NCBI GenBank assembly: GCA_964016885.1
Contig: OZ024752.1
Location: 44,578,001 to 44,642,000 of the forward strand
Direction of reading: 5' to 3'
Length of the DNA: 64,000 bases
Origin: Eledone cirrhosa
Taxonomy: Eukaryota
Numbering within the stretch: position 1 is the stretch's first letter; the number at the start of each line of letters is the position of its first letter. The notes under the pieces are model-generated. The model worked only from the letters and a program-made list of their open reading frames with translations. It did no database searches and was not told where the DNA came from. The translations under genes were made by a program, and so were the position numbers. Below, in pieces: positions 61,275 to 64,000 of the stretch.

Positions 61275-63930
61275 CCCATGCTAGCGTGGAAGATAGACGT
61301 TAAATGAAGATGAGATGATATATATATATATATATAAAATAAATTAAAAAATAAAGACCCCCTTCAGTCACAAATGACCGTGAGATTTGCACCAAATTCT
61401 CTAAAACTGTTTTACTCTTGTCTAGGGCTGTTATGATGATTGCGACCAACAAACCAGACATAAAGTGTTGCCACGGATTCAAAAGGTTTGTTGTTAATTT
61501 ATTTTATGGATTCACTTCCTGTCTGTGTTGAGTAACCTTGACTTTATCTTCCCCATATTTCCCAGGTATATACTAATTACCCGCCTCCCCCCAGATATTT
61601 GTAGGTAACACGGTAAAAACCTCCCAGTCAACACTGTAAACGTGGTTGGTGTTAGGAGAGGCATCCAGACGTAGAAAACCCGCCACACAGTCCTGAGCAA
61701 GACAACCAATCTTGCCTCAAGTGGGACAATTCCCGTCCAGACCCATGCTAGCGTGGAAAATGGACGTTAAACGATGATGATGATGATGATACTAACCCTG
61801 TGGATATTTCCCAGGTATATACTAATCACCCTCCTCCCCCCAGGTATTTCCCAGGTATATACTAATCACCCTCCTCCCCCCAGGTATTTCCCAGGTATAT
61901 ACTAATCACCCTCCTCCCCCCAGATATTTCCCAGGTATATACTAACCCTGTGCTTCTTTCCTCCATGTACCCTCTACCCACAAAGTCTATATTCTTCCTC
62001 CTCCTGTAATCCCGCTATACTTCTCAACCTTAGATTACACTGTGTACACCTTATGGAATGGAACTTCTCTGTCTATCACTGTAACACGGACTAAACAACG
62101 CCACTTCCCTCATCTGTCAACTTCCTGTCCTCTCTCACATCTATTTCTTCATTTACTTCTCTGTTGTTTTCATCTGATTTTGTTATCTTATTTAGTTCTA
62201 ACATATTTTAACATTTCCATTTGTTTTTCATGATTACTTTCAGAGAACTAGTAATTTAATGAACATACATCAAAGGATGCAACATTTTTATGAGGTAAGT
62301 ATATAGTTTCTATATCCCTTCCTGGTCGTCACTTGCAACGTTCAGCAAAAGCAGTCAAATTTCCTGAATGTATAAACAAGAATAAATATGAATTACTATA
62401 GTCAGTTATAACAAACCTTTCAAGTTTTTAACTTACTTGATTTGTTGAGTTGACAACCTCTCTAGTATTAGTACACTCTGTCAAATGGTTGTGCTGGTTC
62501 CACAATAAAATGCACCCAGTAAAGTGGTAATGCTGTTTTGTGCAGTACTGATTGTCCAAATGATTTGTTTGGATTGGGTAATTGTGAGGAAACTGTTCCC
62601 AAGACAAACCATGACAGGAATGATGGAATATAAGCTGGTTTGTTGACTCCTTAACAACATGGTCAGCTGAGATACTTATGTATATCTGCGTGTATATCAT
62701 CATTATTATCATCACACCGTTTAACGTCCATTTTTCCACACCAATATGGGTTAGACGAGTTGTCCCATTATGAGACAAGCCAAATCAGATGACCGTGTCT
62801 TGTTGGAATCTAAATTTAAATTTGTGAAACCTAAATATGCAATTTCTGTCCACCAGGATAGCAATGAAGACAAAGAAAGCCAGACACATTCTGAAAAAGA
62901 GTCTGAATTAATTGAACAGAGAGAAGACATGTGAGTATCATTTCAAGACAGTTTAAAACAACTCTGGGTCTCAGTTGATTATATTATAACCAGACATGAT
63001 TAAAGTGAATCTGTTTATATCACTATCATTCTCTATTTTGGCTTAATGTTATTTTAACCCTTTAGCATTTAAACCGGATGAATCCGGCCAGAATTCTCTC
63101 ACCTCTTTCTGTTCAAACTGGTTGTAACCAGCTGCTCATACTTAAGTTAAGGTATTGTTCGCAAAATACATAATATAAAAATCTCATAGATTCAGTGTTA
63201 TGTGAGATATTATGTGAGGTAAAGCCTTTACTTTGAAAATACAATAGTATATATAGAGTAATGTAAATGTTATGTGAGATATTATGTGAGGTAAAGCCTT
63301 TACTTTGAAAATACAATAGTATATATAGAGTAATGTAAATGTTAAAGGGTTAAGGACGATGGCTACAGTTTATACAGTTTGAAAATAGTAATTTCCTTTA
63401 TATTATTTCTGTATCTTTTCAGATCATCTCTTGACAGTGACTCAAGTGAAAAGTCAGACAATAATGAATGTAGTCACGACTCCGACAGTTATTCTTCAGA
63501 GAAGGGAGAATCCTATTCCGATGTGGACAGTAACCACGAGAACGAGTCACTTACTGCAACACATAGGGTCTTCCCCAGAGAGAAACGTGTAAAACTATAC
63601 TCTGAAGGAATTGTCAGTCTTTTCAAGACATCTGATGGACCCCTTCAAATCAATAATATATTGCCAGATCCCTATGATATTCTTGTTGAAAATTCCACCC
63701 AAACTGATCTGATCGACTCCGTTGATCAGAACAATCTTCTAAGACCAGTTAAGTCATTTTCATCATCAAATCTCTCTAGTGTTGATGATTTACTGCACCC
63801 AGTACACTCAGTAAAGTGGTTAGTGGTAAGAAGGGCATCCAGCTGTAGAAAATATTCCAAACAAAGAGTCAGGAGGATTCTTCAGCTGTGTCAAAGACAT
63901 CAGACAACCAACTTAGTGCTGTTGCCATAG
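58676..63930 (+). CDS. Spliced gene of unknown function; 3' end uncertain
   Basis: Phase-compatible GT-AG exons: 58676-58731 (aagATGG; [18 protein letters not shown]), 59605-59670, 60294-60387, 62244-62294, 62857-62930, then 63423 to either 63825 (donor GTAAGA) or stop 63930. They join into one open frame with a basic N-terminus and an acidic Ser-rich region. No family recognised. Confidence 0.6.
59110..59580. repeat. 43-44-bp pyrimidine-rich tandem x about 11
   Basis: GTTTACTTTCTTTTTCTTTCTCTTGTATATAAGATGCC repeated. Confidence 0.92.
60020..60225 (+). mobile_element. tRNA-derived SINE, family B
   Basis: GTTCAAATCCTGCCGAGGTTAACTTTGCCTTTCATC...GTCGATAAAATAAAGTACCAG. Other copies at about 14330-14470, 28680-28890, 51785-51945 and 52580-52715 (plus), and 38815-38900, 53115-53230 and 57450-57525 (minus). 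Confidence 0.8.
60634..60837. repeat. About 100-bp-arm palindrome
   Basis: ACAGGAGATAATT...GATTAATC TAA GATTAATC...AATTATCTCCTGT, near-perfect inverted arms. Confidence 0.85.
60849..61160 (+). mobile_element. Two adjacent copies of the 'GACCCCGACGGC' family (60849-60993, 61002-61160)
   Basis: Same GAAA(C/T)GGC...GC(C/T)GTCGGGGT core and AAGTATTGAGTACT tail. The inverted arms differ in length. Confidence 0.7.
61595..61790 (+). mobile_element. RTE 3'UTR fragment
   Basis: GTAGGTAACACGGTAAAAACCTCCCAG...GGACGTTAAACGATGATG, as in 55870-56060. Older relatives lie at about 34520-35030, 43370-43650, 45190-45350(-) and 51140-51300. Confidence 0.8.
61790..61950. repeat. About 40-bp tandem x4
   Basis: TATTTCCCAGGTATATACTAATCACCCTCCTCCCCCC; another unit sits at 61555. 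Confidence 0.85.
63058..63349. mobile_element. piggyBac-type MITE
   Basis: TTAA|CCCTTTAGCATTTA...TAAATGTTAAAGGG|TTAA with TTAA target site. Related partial copies at 2003-2208 (opposite strand), 33345-33520 and 37825-37865. Confidence 0.8.
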
Positions 63931-64000
63931 TAAAATGCACTCATGAAATTAAGTGTCTTGCTTAAGGGCACAATGTATCACCCAGTTTGAGAATCAAACT

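Overview
Repeat-rich, intron-containing animal DNA. The SINE/LINE families and abundant (TA)n/(CA)n tracts suggest a cephalopod such as Octopus; this is inference only. Nearly all ORF-track entries are microsatellite artefacts. Three genes are supported. (1) A complete 20-exon PEX1 (peroxisomal AAA+ ATPase) on the minus strand, 50252->32529, about 1198 aa, with one GC-AG intron. (2) An intact 586-aa Tigger/pogo-derived gene (DD36D) at 29910-31670, convergent with PEX1. (3) A spliced gene with no recognisable family, divergent from the PEX1 promoter, with CDS from 58676. The window also holds a 5S rRNA pseudogene abutting a tRNA-SINE, RTE/CR1/L1-Tx1 LINE fragments, a Tc1/mariner relic, piggyBac-type MITEs and several minisatellites. 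The most notable unexplained structure is a set of at least 9 short non-coding insertions in (TA)n tracts, from 4-5 sequence-unrelated families. They carry type-I hammerhead ribozyme cores, show the inverted-segment plus direct-tail layout of Penelope-like elements, and share a TCTAC...TTGAGTRCT tail motif. A young LINE copy also forms a 570-bp near-perfect fold-back.
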